From positions 357,645 through 421,644 of the forward strand of contig AP024679.1 in assembly GCA_025999215.1 (NCBI GenBank): 64,000 nucleotides of DNA, read 5' to 3'. A model generated the notes under the pieces. The model ran no database searches, was not told the DNA's origin, and saw only the letters and a list, made by a program, of their open reading frames with translations. The position numbers were made by a program, and so were the translations under genes. Source of the stretch: Candidatus Dojkabacteria bacterium (lineage in GTDB: Bacteria > Patescibacteriota > Dojkabacteria > J137). Below are positions 37,733 through 49,924 of this stretch, piece by piece (position 1 is the first letter of the stretch; every line of letters starts with the position of its first letter).

Positions 37733-40342
37733 TTAAACAATTGCAACGGTTGCGACAACATCATCATCTTTAACTCTCATTAATCGAACACCTGAAGTTT
37801 GTCGGCCTTGAATTGGTAAATCATCAGTTGCGATCCTCACAGCCTGACCTTTTGCGCTTAAAATCAAAAGTTCTTTGTGAGGATGATCTAGTATTCTTGC
37901 AACCACAAGTTTGCCAGTTTTATTGTTAATTTTTGCTGCAAAAATACCTGAACCGCCTCGGTTTTGAATTGTGTAATTATTCAGGGTCGTTAATTTACCA
38001 AAACCTTTTTCGCTTACTGTAAGCATAAAATCTTCATTTTTTCTAACTATATCCATTGATATAACTTCGTCATCTTTTTTTAATCTAATACCTCTAACAC
38101 CTCGTGCGGTTCTACCTGTTTCACGCACATCTGTTTCACGGAAATGTATAGATTTGGCATTTCGGGTAACAATAATAACATGATCATTACCAGTGCTTGG
38201 TTTAACCCAAACTAATTCATCATTATCATCTAGGGAAATTGCAATTAAACCATTAGATCTAATATTATCAAAATGACTTAACTCTGTTTTCTTAACAACT
38301 CCAAATTTTGTTGCCATAATCAAGTATTTGTATTCTATGCCTTGTTTCTCAGATAAAGTTTCACCTTCTTGGCTGATATCTTCATCAATGATTCCTCCTT
38401 CCTTAGACCGTGTTAAAATACTTGTTATCAATTCATCTTGCTCAATATTAATCAAATTAATAACAGGTATGCCTTTGGCTGTTCTTGAATATTCAGGAAT
38501 TTCATGAACTTTCAACGAATAGACTTTTCCTTTGTTGGAGAAAAATAAAATTTCATCATGAGTAGAGCATGTAAAAACATGTCTAACTTCATCGTTTTCT
38601 TTTGTAGTCATTGCTTTTTTCCCTACTCCACCCCTTTTTTGGGCTGAAAGCGCATCATGTTTTACTCTTTTTATATACCCATTTTTGCTTATAGTTACGA
38701 TTGTTTCTTCATTTGGAATTAGATCTTCTTCACTAATTTCGCCTACTCCACCCTTTACGAATTTTGTTTTTCTTTCATCACCAAATTTATTTTTAATTTC
38801 TTCAAACTCATTTTTAATTACATTTAAAATTTTGTCTGGTGAAGATAATAATTCTAGTGTCTCTTTAATTGATTTCAAAACTTGTTTATATTCTTCCTCA
38901 ATCTTCTGTCTTTCAAGAGCTGCTAGTTTTCGAAGTTGCATATCAAGGATTGCTTGAGCTTGAATTTCAGTGAGCTTAAACTTAGTTATAAGAGCTAACT
39001 TTGCGGTTTCTGCATCTTTTGAGCTTCTAATTGTTTGAATTATCTCATCAATGTTATCAAGAGCAATCATTAAACCTTCTAGAATATGTTCTCTTTCTCT
39101 TAGTTTTCCTAATTCAAATTCATTTCTTCTAATTACTATTTCTTGGCGATGAGATATGAAAAGTTGCAAAATTTGTTTAATATTTAGAAGCTTGGGATCT
39201 CCATCAACCAAAGCTAGCATATTGGCATTAAATGTTTTTTGGAGTTCAGTGAACTTATAAAGTTGATTTTGTACAGTTTTTGGTTTTGCTTCTCTTTTTA
39301 ATTCTATGACTATCCTAATTCCCTCACGACTATTTGATTCATCCCTTAAGTCTGAAATCCCATCAATTTTTTTATCTTTATAGAGCATTGCTATTTTGGC
39401 AATTAAATTTGCTTTGTTGACTTGATAAGGCAAATCTGTAATGATTATACGCATTCGGCCATTTTTATGTTCTTCAATTTTGGATGTACCTCTCATCACT
39501 ACGCGTCCTTTTCCTGTTTCATAAACTTTCATTATTTCTTTTTGATCATAAATTGTCCCGCCCGTTGGAAAATCTGGACCTTTTATTTCGGACATTATTT
39601 CGGACACTGACAAACTTGTCTCAAATTTGTGGAATCTATTTTTTGGTAAATTCTCAATATCAGAAACCGTTTTTACTGCATTAGAATAATCAACTTTTTC
39701 GATATCAACAAAATCCCATTCGTTGCCAGCTTCAATCATTTTAATTAAAGCATTCATTACTTCAGTTAAATTGTGAGGTGGAATTTTGGTAGCCATACCA
39801 ACTGCAATTCCTTCTGATCCATTCAATAATAATGTAGGCAAAACAGTAGGCAATACAACAGGCTCTTCTTCGTTTCCATCATAGTTTGGTATAAAATCAA
39901 CAGTTTTTTTATCTAATTCTTCAAGCATTTTGGCCCCGTATTTATCTAACCTTGCTTCTATATATCTCATTGCTGCTGGTGGATCACCGTCTATAGATCC
40001 GTAGTTACCTTGCCCATCAATTAGGGTATATCTCATGTTGAAATCTTGTCCCATTCTGACCAATGCATCAGAAATTGAAGCATCTCCATGAGGGTGATAC
40101 TTACCCATTACTTCTCCAACGATTCTTGCAACTTTTTTATATTGAGAAGAAGGGCCTATATTCATCCTGTGCATGGTGTAAAGAATTCTTCTTTGCACAG
40201 GTTTTAATCCATCACGAACATCTGGAAGTGCTCTTGATACAATTACGCTCATCGCATAATTGATATAGCTTTTCTTAAGCTCATTTACAATATCTTCTCC
40301 AACTGAAGCTTTTTTATTTAATTTGGTTTCTTCTTCAATCAT
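37733..40342 (-). CDS. gyrA: DNA gyrase subunit A, with a lineage-specific insertion of about 35-40 aa between PPHNLTEV and GPDFPT
   Basis: 869 aa; active-site region (AMRYIEARL), GyrA box, six C-terminal beta-pinwheel blades. The segment 39598-39756 is about 38 aa longer than in E. coli GyrA, and its 3' part is the tandem 12-mer atttcggacatt-atttcggacact. Confidence 0.9.
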   Translation of the reverse strand: MIEEETKLNKKASVGEDIVNELKKSYINYAMSVIVSRALPDVRDGLKPVQRRILYTMHRMNIGPSSQYKKVARIVGEVMGKYHPHGDASISDALVRMGQDFNMRYTLIDGQGNYGSIDGDPPAAMRYIEARLDKYGAKMLEELDKKTVDFIPNYDGNEEEPVVLPTVLPTLLLNGSEGIAVGMATKIPPHNLTEVMNALIKMIEAGNEWDFVDIEKVDYSNAVKTVSDIENLPKNRFHKFETSLSVSEIMSEIKGPDFPTGGTIYDQKEIMKVYETGKGRVVMRGTSKIEEHKNGRMRIIITDLPYQVNKANLIAKIAMLYKDKKIDGISDLRDESNSREGIRIVIELKREAKPKTVQNQLYKFTELQKTFNANMLALVDGDPKLLNIKQILQLFISHRQEIVIRRNEFELGKLREREHILEGLMIALDNIDEIIQTIRSSKDAETAKLALITKFKLTEIQAQAILDMQLRKLAALERQKIEEEYKQVLKSIKETLELLSSPDKILNVIKNEFEEIKNKFGDERKTKFVKGGVGEISEEDLIPNEETIVTISKNGYIKRVKHDALSAQKRGGVGKKAMTTKENDEVRHVFTCSTHDEILFFSNKGKVYSLKVHEIPEYSRTAKGIPVINLINIEQDELITSILTRSKEGGIIDEDISQEGETLSEKQGIEYKYLIMATKFGVVKKTELSHFDNIRSNGLIAISLDDNDELVWVKPSTGNDHVIIVTRNAKSIHFRETDVRETGRTARGVRGIRLKKDDEVISMDIVRKNEDFMLTVSEKGFGKLTTLNNYTIQNRGGSGIFAAKINNKTGKLVVARILDHPHKELLILSAKGQAVRIATDDLPIQGRQTSGVRLMRVKDDDVVATVAIV
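39595..39618. repeat. Tandem 12-nt duplication containing ATTTCGGACA twice, in-frame inside gyrA (encodes SEIMSEIK on the minus strand)
   Basis: Read directly from the sequence. Confidence 0.55.
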
Positions 40343-40371
40343 TTTATTTTATTTTAAATTAAGTCTAAAAA

Positions 40372-42283
<1,912 letters not shown>

Positions 42284-42335
42284 AGCTTAACGTGAAGATT
42301 TTACCAAATAAATGAAAAATAGTCCAATTAATGAT

Positions 42336-42842
42336 TTATAATTTTTTAGATTTTCTTTCTTGAAATTTATGAAAAATAGCCATTTCCAGCTCTCCGATCA
42401 CAGGAATGCTGTAAGTAACAATGGCTGTTATAAGGATGGCAATAACACTTATTAAAACGTCTACCACCTCAGCAGATCGCCCTGATATTTCAATCTGAAT
42501 TACTTCTTCCATTATAGAGATCAAAGTTGACGCAAAAATAGCTATTATTGTTACCAATGTTTCGATTATTAATACAAATTCTGAGTCTTCAATTTTTTCT
42601 TTTTTGGATCTCCAAGCTGACAATCGTGATACAGTGCTTTTGAGGCTTATGATTATTGATCTAAAAATGAAAATAAACAACATTGAATAAAGTATCATTC
42701 TAAACAAAACTTTAATTATCTGGTCAAGCATTTCATTACTTTCATTGGCTTCTAAGTTTGGCACGGTTGCTAACCAGAAAAGTAAAGCAATAAAAATGAA
42801 GGTGGAGCCCCAAGCATATAGTAAAAACGCAAGTTTTTTCAT
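42336..42842 (-). CDS. Hypothetical integral membrane protein
   Basis: 168 aa with about 4 hydrophobic helices; no recognisable family. Confidence 0.4.
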   Translation of the reverse strand: MKKLAFLLYAWGSTFIFIALLFWLATVPNLEANESNEMLDQIIKVLFRMILYSMLFIFIFRSIIISLKSTVSRLSAWRSKKEKIEDSEFVLIIETLVTIIAIFASTLISIMEEVIQIEISGRSAEVVDVLISVIAILITAIVTYSIPVIGELEMAIFHKFQERKSKKL

Positions 42843-42905
42843 AAATCGATAATTTAAAAATAATCAACTACATTATACATAATAATTCTTTATCTTCAAA
42901 ATTTT

Positions 42906-43553
42906 TTAAATTTTGGTGTTTTTAAAATTATTTTCAATAAGAATGTTTAGATTATCAAAAACTAAATTTGATTGAACTGACGAGTTTATGGCTTTTTGTA
43001 AAAAAATTAATTCTCTGAGAATTTTAGGTTTGTTTATTTTTTTTATAGCAAAGTTACTTAAATCTTCTAAAAATTTTACTTGTTCAATTTTGTCTAAGTT
43101 AGCTAACTTTTGAAATTCGATACTTCTTTCAAAATAACTTTTTTTCAGAAAATCTTCAAAATCGACATTTAGATTATTTTTGTAGGTAGGCATAATCACT
43201 ATTCTACATCTCGATTTTATAGTTTCAATTATTGCATCTAAATTTTTTGTTACAAGACAAATTAGGGTGTTTTGAGTGGGCTCTTCAATAATTTTTAACA
43301 GAGAATTTTGTATTATTTCGCTTAAATTTTGAGAATTTTGTATGAGTAAAACTTTAACTCCTTTTTCTGTTTTTTTACTACTCCACTCTAACAAATAGTC
43401 TAGATCTTCTATTTTTAAGGTTTGTCCGTCAAATACCAAGTTAAATTCTTGGTTAGCAATTTGGATATTATTAAATTCTTTTTTAATAATTTCATAAATT
43501 TCATTTGGTGTTACTTGAAATGAATTTTGGATTAATAGCGATTGGTAAATCAT
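42906..43553 (-). CDS. holB: DNA polymerase III delta-prime-like clamp-loader subunit (short form, no P-loop)
   Basis: Sensor-1/SRC region LLKIIEEPTQNTLICLVTKNLDAIIETIKSRCRIV is characteristic of delta-prime and gamma clamp-loader subunits. Confidence 0.55.
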   Translation of the reverse strand: MIYQSLLIQNSFQVTPNEIYEIIKKEFNNIQIANQEFNLVFDGQTLKIEDLDYLLEWSSKKTEKGVKVLLIQNSQNLSEIIQNSLLKIIEEPTQNTLICLVTKNLDAIIETIKSRCRIVIMPTYKNNLNVDFEDFLKKSYFERSIEFQKLANLDKIEQVKFLEDLSNFAIKKINKPKILRELIFLQKAINSSVQSNLVFDNLNILIENNFKNTKI

Positions 43554-43641
43554 AATTAAGTTGTCTAAATTATCTTACTTTTTTAACTTTAAGTTTATTT
43601 CTAAATATTGTATATTATTTAAAACTATAAAATTGTAGCAT

Positions 43642-45585
43642 ATGGACTCAAAAAACAATGTATCAAATTCAAATAATGATGATTCTCTAAATAGTAGTTT
43701 GGGAGTTGTACAGTCATCTAATGACGATGCCCTTCCAAATTCAAATCTTTCTGATTCCCAAAGCGATTTAGTTTCTTTATCAAAAAACTTTCTACAACAA
43801 AAAACAAAAAAAACAGATTCAAACCAAAAATCTGCTATCGGAGTCAAAGGCATATCAAATATTTTAGATGCTGTTTTAAGTAAAGGTTTAATAGATATAG
43901 ATCAGTACAATAGTATAAAATTTGAATCCGTAAACACTGGCAAAACAATTGAAAAGATTTTGCTTGAGCAGAATATTGTAGATGAAAAGGAGTTAGCAAG
44001 AATTAACGCTGAGATGAGAGGATTTAGTTTTGCTGACTTGCTAAACATGAATATTGACTCAGATACCATCAATTTGCTTCCTCAATCAATAGCTAGAGCG
44101 AACAAGGCGGTTGTTTTTGAATCTCTACCCAACAAAGTTAAGGTGGCAATGAAAGATCCGCTTGATTTGCAAAAAATTCAGTATTTAGAATCTATTTTGA
44201 AAAAAAGAATAGAGCCTTTTTATGCATCAGAAAGCGATATTAAGCGAATCATTGATACTCGTTATGGTGCTGAAATAAATAAAGAGGTTACAGAGGCGTT
44301 AGAAGATATTGGGGAATATGATTTAAACAAAGCTAAAAAGGAGGCAGAAAATTCTGATGGACAAGATGCACCAATAATTCGATTGGTAAATATGATTTTA
44401 GATTATGGGATTAAAAATAAAGCTTCAGATATACACATTGAACCAAGAGAAACTAAAGTGGCTGTAAGGTTCAGAATAAGAGGAATTTTAACTGAAAAAT
44501 TAACCATTCCAAAAAAGTTACATCCAGCAGTTGTGGCAAGGATAAAAATTTTGTCAAATTTAAAAATTGATGAGCACAGAATACCTCAAGATGGAAGATT
44601 CCCAGTTAAAAATAATGATGTATCAATTGATGTGAGAGTTTCAGTGATGCCAAGTTTATATGGTGAAAAAATAGTTTTAAGATTGCTCGAAAAATCTTCC
44701 GGAATCATGAAATTAGAAGAAACAGGCATTCGTGGAATTAGTTACACCAGACTTAAGGAGGCGTTGAAAAAAACACAAGGATTGATCTTGGTAACAGGAC
44801 CAACTGGAAGTGGAAAGACGCAGACTGTTGCAAGCTGTTTAGACATTATAAATTCCCCTGAAGTTAATATTATCACTCTTGAAGATCCCGTTGAAATTAG
44901 AATTGAAGGCATTAATCAAACTCAAGTGAATCCAGAAGTCGGCCTTACTTTTGCTACTGGGTTGAGATCAATTTTGAGGCAGGACCCAGATATCATATTT
45001 GTTGGAGAAATTCGTGATGGTGAAACAGCGGCTCTTGCAGTGCAAGCAGCTCTAGTTGGAAGATTAGTACTTTCAACATTGCACACAAATAGCGCGGCTG
45101 GAGTCTTTCCTAGGCTTTTAGATATGGGGGTTGAAGTTTTTTTATTAACATCTACAATAAATGTAGCGTTGGGTCAACGTCTTGTTCGTACTCTTTGTGA
45201 AGAATGTAAAGAACCATACAAGGCACCTGATAATATTTTAAAAATTTTACATTCTGAGTTAGATGTATTGGGGAATTTGACAGTTTACGATGAAGCAAAG
45301 CATGTGAAGGCGCATTTCGATAAAAACACAAATGACGTAACATTATACAAACCTGTAGGATGTCCGAAATGTAACGATACTGGCTTTAATGGCCGAATTG
45401 GTATTTTTGAATGTCTGGAAATGTCCGAAAGTATTAAAAAAGCAGTTGTACAAAAAAGATCAATAAGCGAAATTCAAGATATAGCTGTGAAGGAAGGAAT
45501 GATAACAATGGCACAAGATGGGTTTATAAGAGTATTGGAAGGAGTTACAACTATAGAAGAAGTATTAAGAGTTAAAAATGAATAA
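43642..45585 (+). CDS. pilB: Type IV pilus assembly ATPase PilB (GspE family) with low-complexity N-terminal region and CxxC zinc motif
   Basis: GSPII_E N-domain; Walker A GPTGSGKTQT; Asp/His boxes; CPKC...C zinc tetracysteine. Confidence 0.9.
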   Translation: MDSKNNVSNSNNDDSLNSSLGVVQSSNDDALPNSNLSDSQSDLVSLSKNFLQQKTKKTDSNQKSAIGVKGISNILDAVLSKGLIDIDQYNSIKFESVNTGKTIEKILLEQNIVDEKELARINAEMRGFSFADLLNMNIDSDTINLLPQSIARANKAVVFESLPNKVKVAMKDPLDLQKIQYLESILKKRIEPFYASESDIKRIIDTRYGAEINKEVTEALEDIGEYDLNKAKKEAENSDGQDAPIIRLVNMILDYGIKNKASDIHIEPRETKVAVRFRIRGILTEKLTIPKKLHPAVVARIKILSNLKIDEHRIPQDGRFPVKNNDVSIDVRVSVMPSLYGEKIVLRLLEKSSGIMKLEETGIRGISYTRLKEALKKTQGLILVTGPTGSGKTQTVASCLDIINSPEVNIITLEDPVEIRIEGINQTQVNPEVGLTFATGLRSILRQDPDIIFVGEIRDGETAALAVQAALVGRLVLSTLHTNSAAGVFPRLLDMGVEVFLLTSTINVALGQRLVRTLCEECKEPYKAPDNILKILHSELDVLGNLTVYDEAKHVKAHFDKNTNDVTLYKPVGCPKCNDTGFNGRIGIFECLEMSESIKKAVVQKRSISEIQDIAVKEGMITMAQDGFIRVLEGVTTIEEVLRVKNE

Positions 45586-46799
45586 TGAATGATAATTTAA
45601 ACACACAAAATTTACAACAAAATAATCAAAATTTAGGGAATGATAGCTTACCAGTTGAGCAAAAATTTGATAATGGAGTGAGGCAAATTCAAAATACTGA
45701 TCAAATGGCTTCAAATAATATGAATGTCCAAAACTTGGTTCCTAAAGAGATGGGATTATTTGATATATTAAAGCAGGCAATTTTACAAGAGGCCTCAGAT
45801 ATTCATCTTTCAAGTGGTTACCGAGCGATTCTTAGAGTTGATGGAAAATTAAAAACTTTATTTTCTCAAGTTTTAACGTCTGATCAGATTAGAAATTTTG
45901 TAATTGAGATTCTTGGTAACAAAAGAGTTAACTTAGATACAATTGAGCAGCTCGATTTAAGTTATGAGTTTCAACAAAATAGATTTAGAGTAAATATTTT
46001 TAAAGAATTAGGAGAGTTTTCTGTGGTCATGAGGTTAATTCCAAAGACTATTCAGACTATAGAAGAGTTAGATTTACCTGATTCATTAAAACAAATAACC
46101 AATCTATCTCAAGGTTTAGTATTAGTAACTGGTCCTACCGGAAGTGGAAAATCAACTACAATAGCTTCACTAATAAACATGATCAATCTAACTCAGCCTA
46201 GGCATATTATTACACTTGAGGATCCAGTCGAATACATTTTTCCAAAAGGTATGGGATTGGTAGATCAAAGAGAATTTGGTATTGATTTTTCAAAATGGAC
46301 TGATGCAATTAGGTCAACACTCAGGCAAGACCCTGATGTCGTATTGGTTGGTGAAATGAGAGATTTTGAAACCATAGCTTCGACAATTACTTTAGCAGAA
46401 ACTGGCCACTTGGTGTTTGCTACTCTACACACTAATTCTTCGGCGCAAGCAGTAGATAGAATAATTGATGTTTTTCCGTCAAGCCAACAAACTCAAATCA
46501 GGGCGCAACTTGCAAATGTAATTGAAGCGGTTGTATCTCAGAGATTGGTTCCTATTCAAGGAGGAGGTAGAAAACCTGCAGTTGAAATATTATTTGCAAC
46601 TAGTGCAGTTAGAAATGCCATAAGAGAGGCTAAAACTCATCAGATAGATAATTTAATTCAAACAAGTCAAAACTTAGGAATGATGACCATGGAACAATCA
46701 TTAGTTAATATGGTCAGAAGAGGATATATAAGCGTAGAACAAGCAGAAAGAATAAGTTTGAAACCAGACCAAATTAAGTTGTTACTTCAAAGTTCATGA
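45585..46799 (+). CDS. pilT: Type IV pilus retraction ATPase PilT
   Basis: Walker A GPTGSGKSTT; His box ATLHTNSSAQAVDRI; AIRNAIRE motif; no zinc CxxC. Confidence 0.85.
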   Translation: MNDNLNTQNLQQNNQNLGNDSLPVEQKFDNGVRQIQNTDQMASNNMNVQNLVPKEMGLFDILKQAILQEASDIHLSSGYRAILRVDGKLKTLFSQVLTSDQIRNFVIEILGNKRVNLDTIEQLDLSYEFQQNRFRVNIFKELGEFSVVMRLIPKTIQTIEELDLPDSLKQITNLSQGLVLVTGPTGSGKSTTIASLINMINLTQPRHIITLEDPVEYIFPKGMGLVDQREFGIDFSKWTDAIRSTLRQDPDVVLVGEMRDFETIASTITLAETGHLVFATLHTNSSAQAVDRIIDVFPSSQQTQIRAQLANVIEAVVSQRLVPIQGGGRKPAVEILFATSAVRNAIREAKTHQIDNLIQTSQNLGMMTMEQSLVNMVRRGYISVEQAERISLKPDQIKLLLQSS

Positions 46800-48028
46800 A
46801 TTTTAAGTATGTTGCAATAAATTCTGAAGGAAAAAGAATTGAAGGAAATCGCGAAGCTGACAGTCGTGAAGATGTTGTAAATTTCTTACTTAATCAGGAT
46901 TTAACAATTGTTTCAATAAGTGAAAATATAAATTTAGATTTTAAAAAAATTTTAAGTTCTGATATTGGAGGACTACCTTTGGCAGAAAAATTAGTATTAG
47001 TAAAACAGTTGTCTACAATGATTTCTGCGGGTATTCCACTACTTCAGGCTTTAGACATCTTGGTACAACAAACAGAAAAGGAGGCACTTAAAGAAAAATT
47101 ACAAAAAGTATATGAAGGTGTTGAATCTGGTCAAACACTGTCCAAATCTTTTGCTAAGGTTGGCGGAATTTTTTCTGAAGTTCAACTGAGTTTAATATCT
47201 GCTGGAGAACAATCAGGAAATCTTGCAGAGATGCTATTAAAAGTTACAGATGATCTAGAAGAGAGTAAAAATTTAAGAGGAAAAATTGTTGGGGCATTGA
47301 TTTATCCGGCAATTATTTTGACAGTGTTGGTTGTGGTTGTGGTTGTAATGATTGTCTTTATGGTTCCTCAAATTGAAGCTTTATACGAAAGTTTGAATAG
47401 AGATGATTTAGAGTTACCTATAACCACCAGGTTTTTTATTTTTATTAGCAACTTTTTTAGAAATCCATTTGGTTTAATTATATTTTTAATATCTATGTTT
47501 GGGCTTTATCTGGGCTTTAGAGCTTATGCATCTACTCCTGGTGGTAGGTTAAATGTAGATAGATTTAAACTCAAAATACCTGTTTTTGGAAAATTAATTA
47601 TAAAAGCTGAATTAACTCAATTTACAAGAGTTTTATCTATGTTATTACAAAGTGGAATTCCGATAATAGAATCAATTAAGATAACTGCTGAGGCACTTGG
47701 TAACGAAGCGTTCAAGCAAACAGTTAAAGCTTCTGTTGATGGCGTAAAAAAAGGAGAATCACTTTCTGTATCACTGGCAAAGAATAATAAGTATAACGTT
47801 TTGCCGCTTATTTTGTTGAAAATGATAGCGACAGGTGAAGAATCAGGCAAACTAGATAAAGTTTTGGAAGATATAAGTAGATTCTATAACGCAGAAGTTA
47901 AACAGACCACTGATAATTTAACTAAACTTTTAGAACCATTTATTCTATTGTTTGCTGGGGTTATGGTTGCTTTTTTAGCTTTGTCTATATATTTGCCAAT
48001 ATATCAAATTATGAATGCAGTTCAATGA
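46796..48028 (+). CDS. pilC: Type IV pilus platform protein PilC (GspF family)
   Basis: Two GspF repeats, each with TM helices (LSTMISAGIPLLQAL...; LSMLLQSGIPIIESI...). Confidence 0.9.
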   Translation: MNFKYVAINSEGKRIEGNREADSREDVVNFLLNQDLTIVSISENINLDFKKILSSDIGGLPLAEKLVLVKQLSTMISAGIPLLQALDILVQQTEKEALKEKLQKVYEGVESGQTLSKSFAKVGGIFSEVQLSLISAGEQSGNLAEMLLKVTDDLEESKNLRGKIVGALIYPAIILTVLVVVVVVMIVFMVPQIEALYESLNRDDLELPITTRFFIFISNFFRNPFGLIIFLISMFGLYLGFRAYASTPGGRLNVDRFKLKIPVFGKLIIKAELTQFTRVLSMLLQSGIPIIESIKITAEALGNEAFKQTVKASVDGVKKGESLSVSLAKNNKYNVLPLILLKMIATGEESGKLDKVLEDISRFYNAEVKQTTDNLTKLLEPFILLFAGVMVAFLALSIYLPIYQIMNAVQ

Positions 48029-48044
48029 TTCGGACATTCGGACA
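48029..48044. repeat. Adjacent tandem attcggac-attcggaca immediately after the pilC stop codon
   Basis: Read directly from the sequence (cagttcaaTGAttcggacattcggacaagg). Confidence 0.55.
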
Positions 48045-48154
48045 AGGGTAAGTTTTTTGTTTAGTTTTAGATATAGTTTGAAAATGTATTGACAAAAAAT
48101 AAAAAAATTGAGAAATTGATATAGTCATATTAATTTATTTGTTAATTCAAAAAT

Positions 48155-48598
48155 ATGAAAAATAAAAAAGCGTTTACGCTACTTGAACTGATGGTAGCAA
48201 TGGGAATTATTGCGATTCTTGCTGCTATCAGTGTAGTAGGTATTTCTGTTGTGCAAAGATCTCTTAGAAATACGGAAAGGAGAAAGGTCTTAGAGAATAT
48301 TAATCTCTCTATAGCTGAGTATTTTGGAACTTATGGGGAATATCCAGCACTGGGAGCAGGTGGATTGCAATTCTTCACAGACAGAGTTGAATTAGAAGGT
48401 AATGTGATTGTAGAGTTGAATGGAGCTACTCAGGCAACTAATGGTACCGATACAACATCTGGAGCAACAGCATATTGTTATACTCAAATCAATGGTGGTG
48501 GATCATATTCTTTAGGAGTTGATTTGGAAGGATCAAATTGGGGATTCCAGCTAGGAGACCCATTGCAAGCTGATTGCGCTACACAAAATGTATTGTAA
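48155..48598 (+). CDS. pilA: Type IV major pilin (PilA-like)
   Basis: Class III signal peptide and N-methylated-Phe helix MKNKKAFTLLELMVAMGIIAILAAI; C-terminal Cys pair (C..C) for the D-region. Confidence 0.8.
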   Translation: MKNKKAFTLLELMVAMGIIAILAAISVVGISVVQRSLRNTERRKVLENINLSIAEYFGTYGEYPALGAGGLQFFTDRVELEGNVIVELNGATQATNGTDTTSGATAYCYTQINGGGSYSLGVDLEGSNWGFQLGDPLQADCATQNVL

Positions 48599-48619
48599 AA
48601 GGTGTAAAAATAGTTATTT

Positions 48620-49087
48620 ATGAAAAATTTATTGAAGAAAAATTTAGGCCGTAAGCCTAAATTTTTCTTTGTCGACAAAACCAAAAAAGCTTTCACCATG
48701 ATTGAAATAGTGGTGGGCTTAGCTGTGATTACGGTTTTAGTTGCTCTAGGTGTAACAGGAATTTCAATTTTACAAAAAAATAGTCGCGATTCAATGCGAA
48801 AAGAAAAGTTACTTGAAGTTGCAACTTTGGTTGAAAATTACTTCCGTGAGAATTTGACATATCCTAGTTCTCAAAGCCTTGTTTTTAGTGGCAATCAAAT
48901 TTTACTTGAAGGTGATATAGTATCAGATATAAAAGGTCATTTACAAGTTGGGGATGTAACTACATCTTCGCAAACTAGATATTACTATCAAGCTACTTCA
49001 AGTGGTTATGCCTTGTGTGCAGTTTTAGAAAATAATAAAGTTTATTCAGCGGGAAAAATTGAGTGTCCGGATCCTTCAATGTGGTAG
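48620..49087 (+). CDS. Type IV pilin-like protein (second pilin); true start probably downstream of 48620
   Basis: KKAFTMIEIVVGLAVITVLVALG prepilin N-terminus; C-terminal Cys pair. The 5' end of the ORF-track model overlaps the pilA terminator, so a later start codon is likely. Confidence 0.65.
   Translation: MKNLLKKNLGRKPKFFFVDKTKKAFTMIEIVVGLAVITVLVALGVTGISILQKNSRDSMRKEKLLEVATLVENYFRENLTYPSSQSLVFSGNQILLEGDIVSDIKGHLQVGDVTTSSQTRYYYQATSSGYALCAVLENNKVYSAGKIECPDPSMW
48638..48670 (+). terminator. Rho-independent terminator after pilA (aaaaatttaggc-cgtaa-gcctaaattttt followed by cttt)
   Basis: 12-bp stem read directly from the sequence; U-rich 3' side. Confidence 0.5.
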
Positions 49088-49093
49088 CTTGAC

Positions 49094-49924
49094 ATGCTAT
49101 TCTTAAGTATGGAAAATTTATTAATTTTGTTAGGTTTCTTGTTAGGAGGCATAGGTGCAAAGTTGAGTGCGTTTTATATTGCATCAAATCTAAATCTCAA
49201 AAATTTTAAAAACGTAGAAAGTAAGAGAAATTTTTACATTTTTTTTCCTTTAAGTTCTTTTTTCTTAAAAAATAATTTTTTGAAAAAGGAAATTTTTCCA
49301 ATTTTATTTCTTGAACTTTTTGGAATGGTTTTAGGTGGAGCTTTTGTTGTCTCCATCTTGAAATATATTTCAACATTACAATTAAATTTTGCAGGAGAGG
49401 TTTTTATGGTTTCAATTTTTTTAGTTGTAACTTTTACTCTATTGTTTTTATCTGTTTTTGATATATTGACTTTAAGTGTGCCTACCAATTTGGTTAAAAG
49501 TTTATATATTTTTACGATATTGATTAATTTATTCATAGCTTTATTAAAACTTCTATCACTAAGATTTGGTTGGGGTATGTTTGTAGAAAATGTTCCGTTG
49601 GGCGGATTTGATAACTTAATATGCGCCTTATTATTATCTTTGTTAGTTTGGTTACTTTCAAAGTTAACCAAAGAATCTGCAATGGGGATGGGTGATGTCG
49701 ATATCGCTGGAATTGTAGGAATAATGCTGGGATGGCCAAATATTATTGCAGGATTTATGTATACCTTGTATGTTGGTGGCTTTGTTGGGATAATATACAT
49801 GATATTTTTAAAAAAATTTAGAGACACGCTAGTTCCATTTGTTCCGATTATCACTTTAGGGTTTGTATTGAGTTTGGGGTTTTATAAAATTGTTACAGAT
49901 TTATTTTTGTATGGTGTATATTAA
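49094..49924 (+). CDS. pilD: Prepilin peptidase PilD (A24 family)
   Basis: Polytopic membrane protein with GMGDVDIAGIVGIMLGW (the second catalytic Asp motif of A24 peptidases). Confidence 0.7.
   Translation: MLFLSMENLLILLGFLLGGIGAKLSAFYIASNLNLKNFKNVESKRNFYIFFPLSSFFLKNNFLKKEIFPILFLELFGMVLGGAFVVSILKYISTLQLNFAGEVFMVSIFLVVTFTLLFLSVFDILTLSVPTNLVKSLYIFTILINLFIALLKLLSLRFGWGMFVENVPLGGFDNLICALLLSLLVWLLSKLTKESAMGMGDVDIAGIVGIMLGWPNIIAGFMYTLYVGGFVGIIYMIFLKKFRDTLVPFVPIITLGFVLSLGFYKIVTDLFLYGVY

Noticed and set aside
44698-44708. Palindromic ttccggaa sites (26063, 44700, 57295) considered as regulator binding sites
   Set aside because: Only three short 8-bp palindromes, all inside coding sequence and with different flanks. 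This is not above chance.
48484-48699. Minus-strand ORF overlapping the pilA terminator and the leader of the second pilin
   Set aside because: It mirrors the inverted-repeat terminator and the plus-strand pilin leader, making it an artefact of palindromic sequence.
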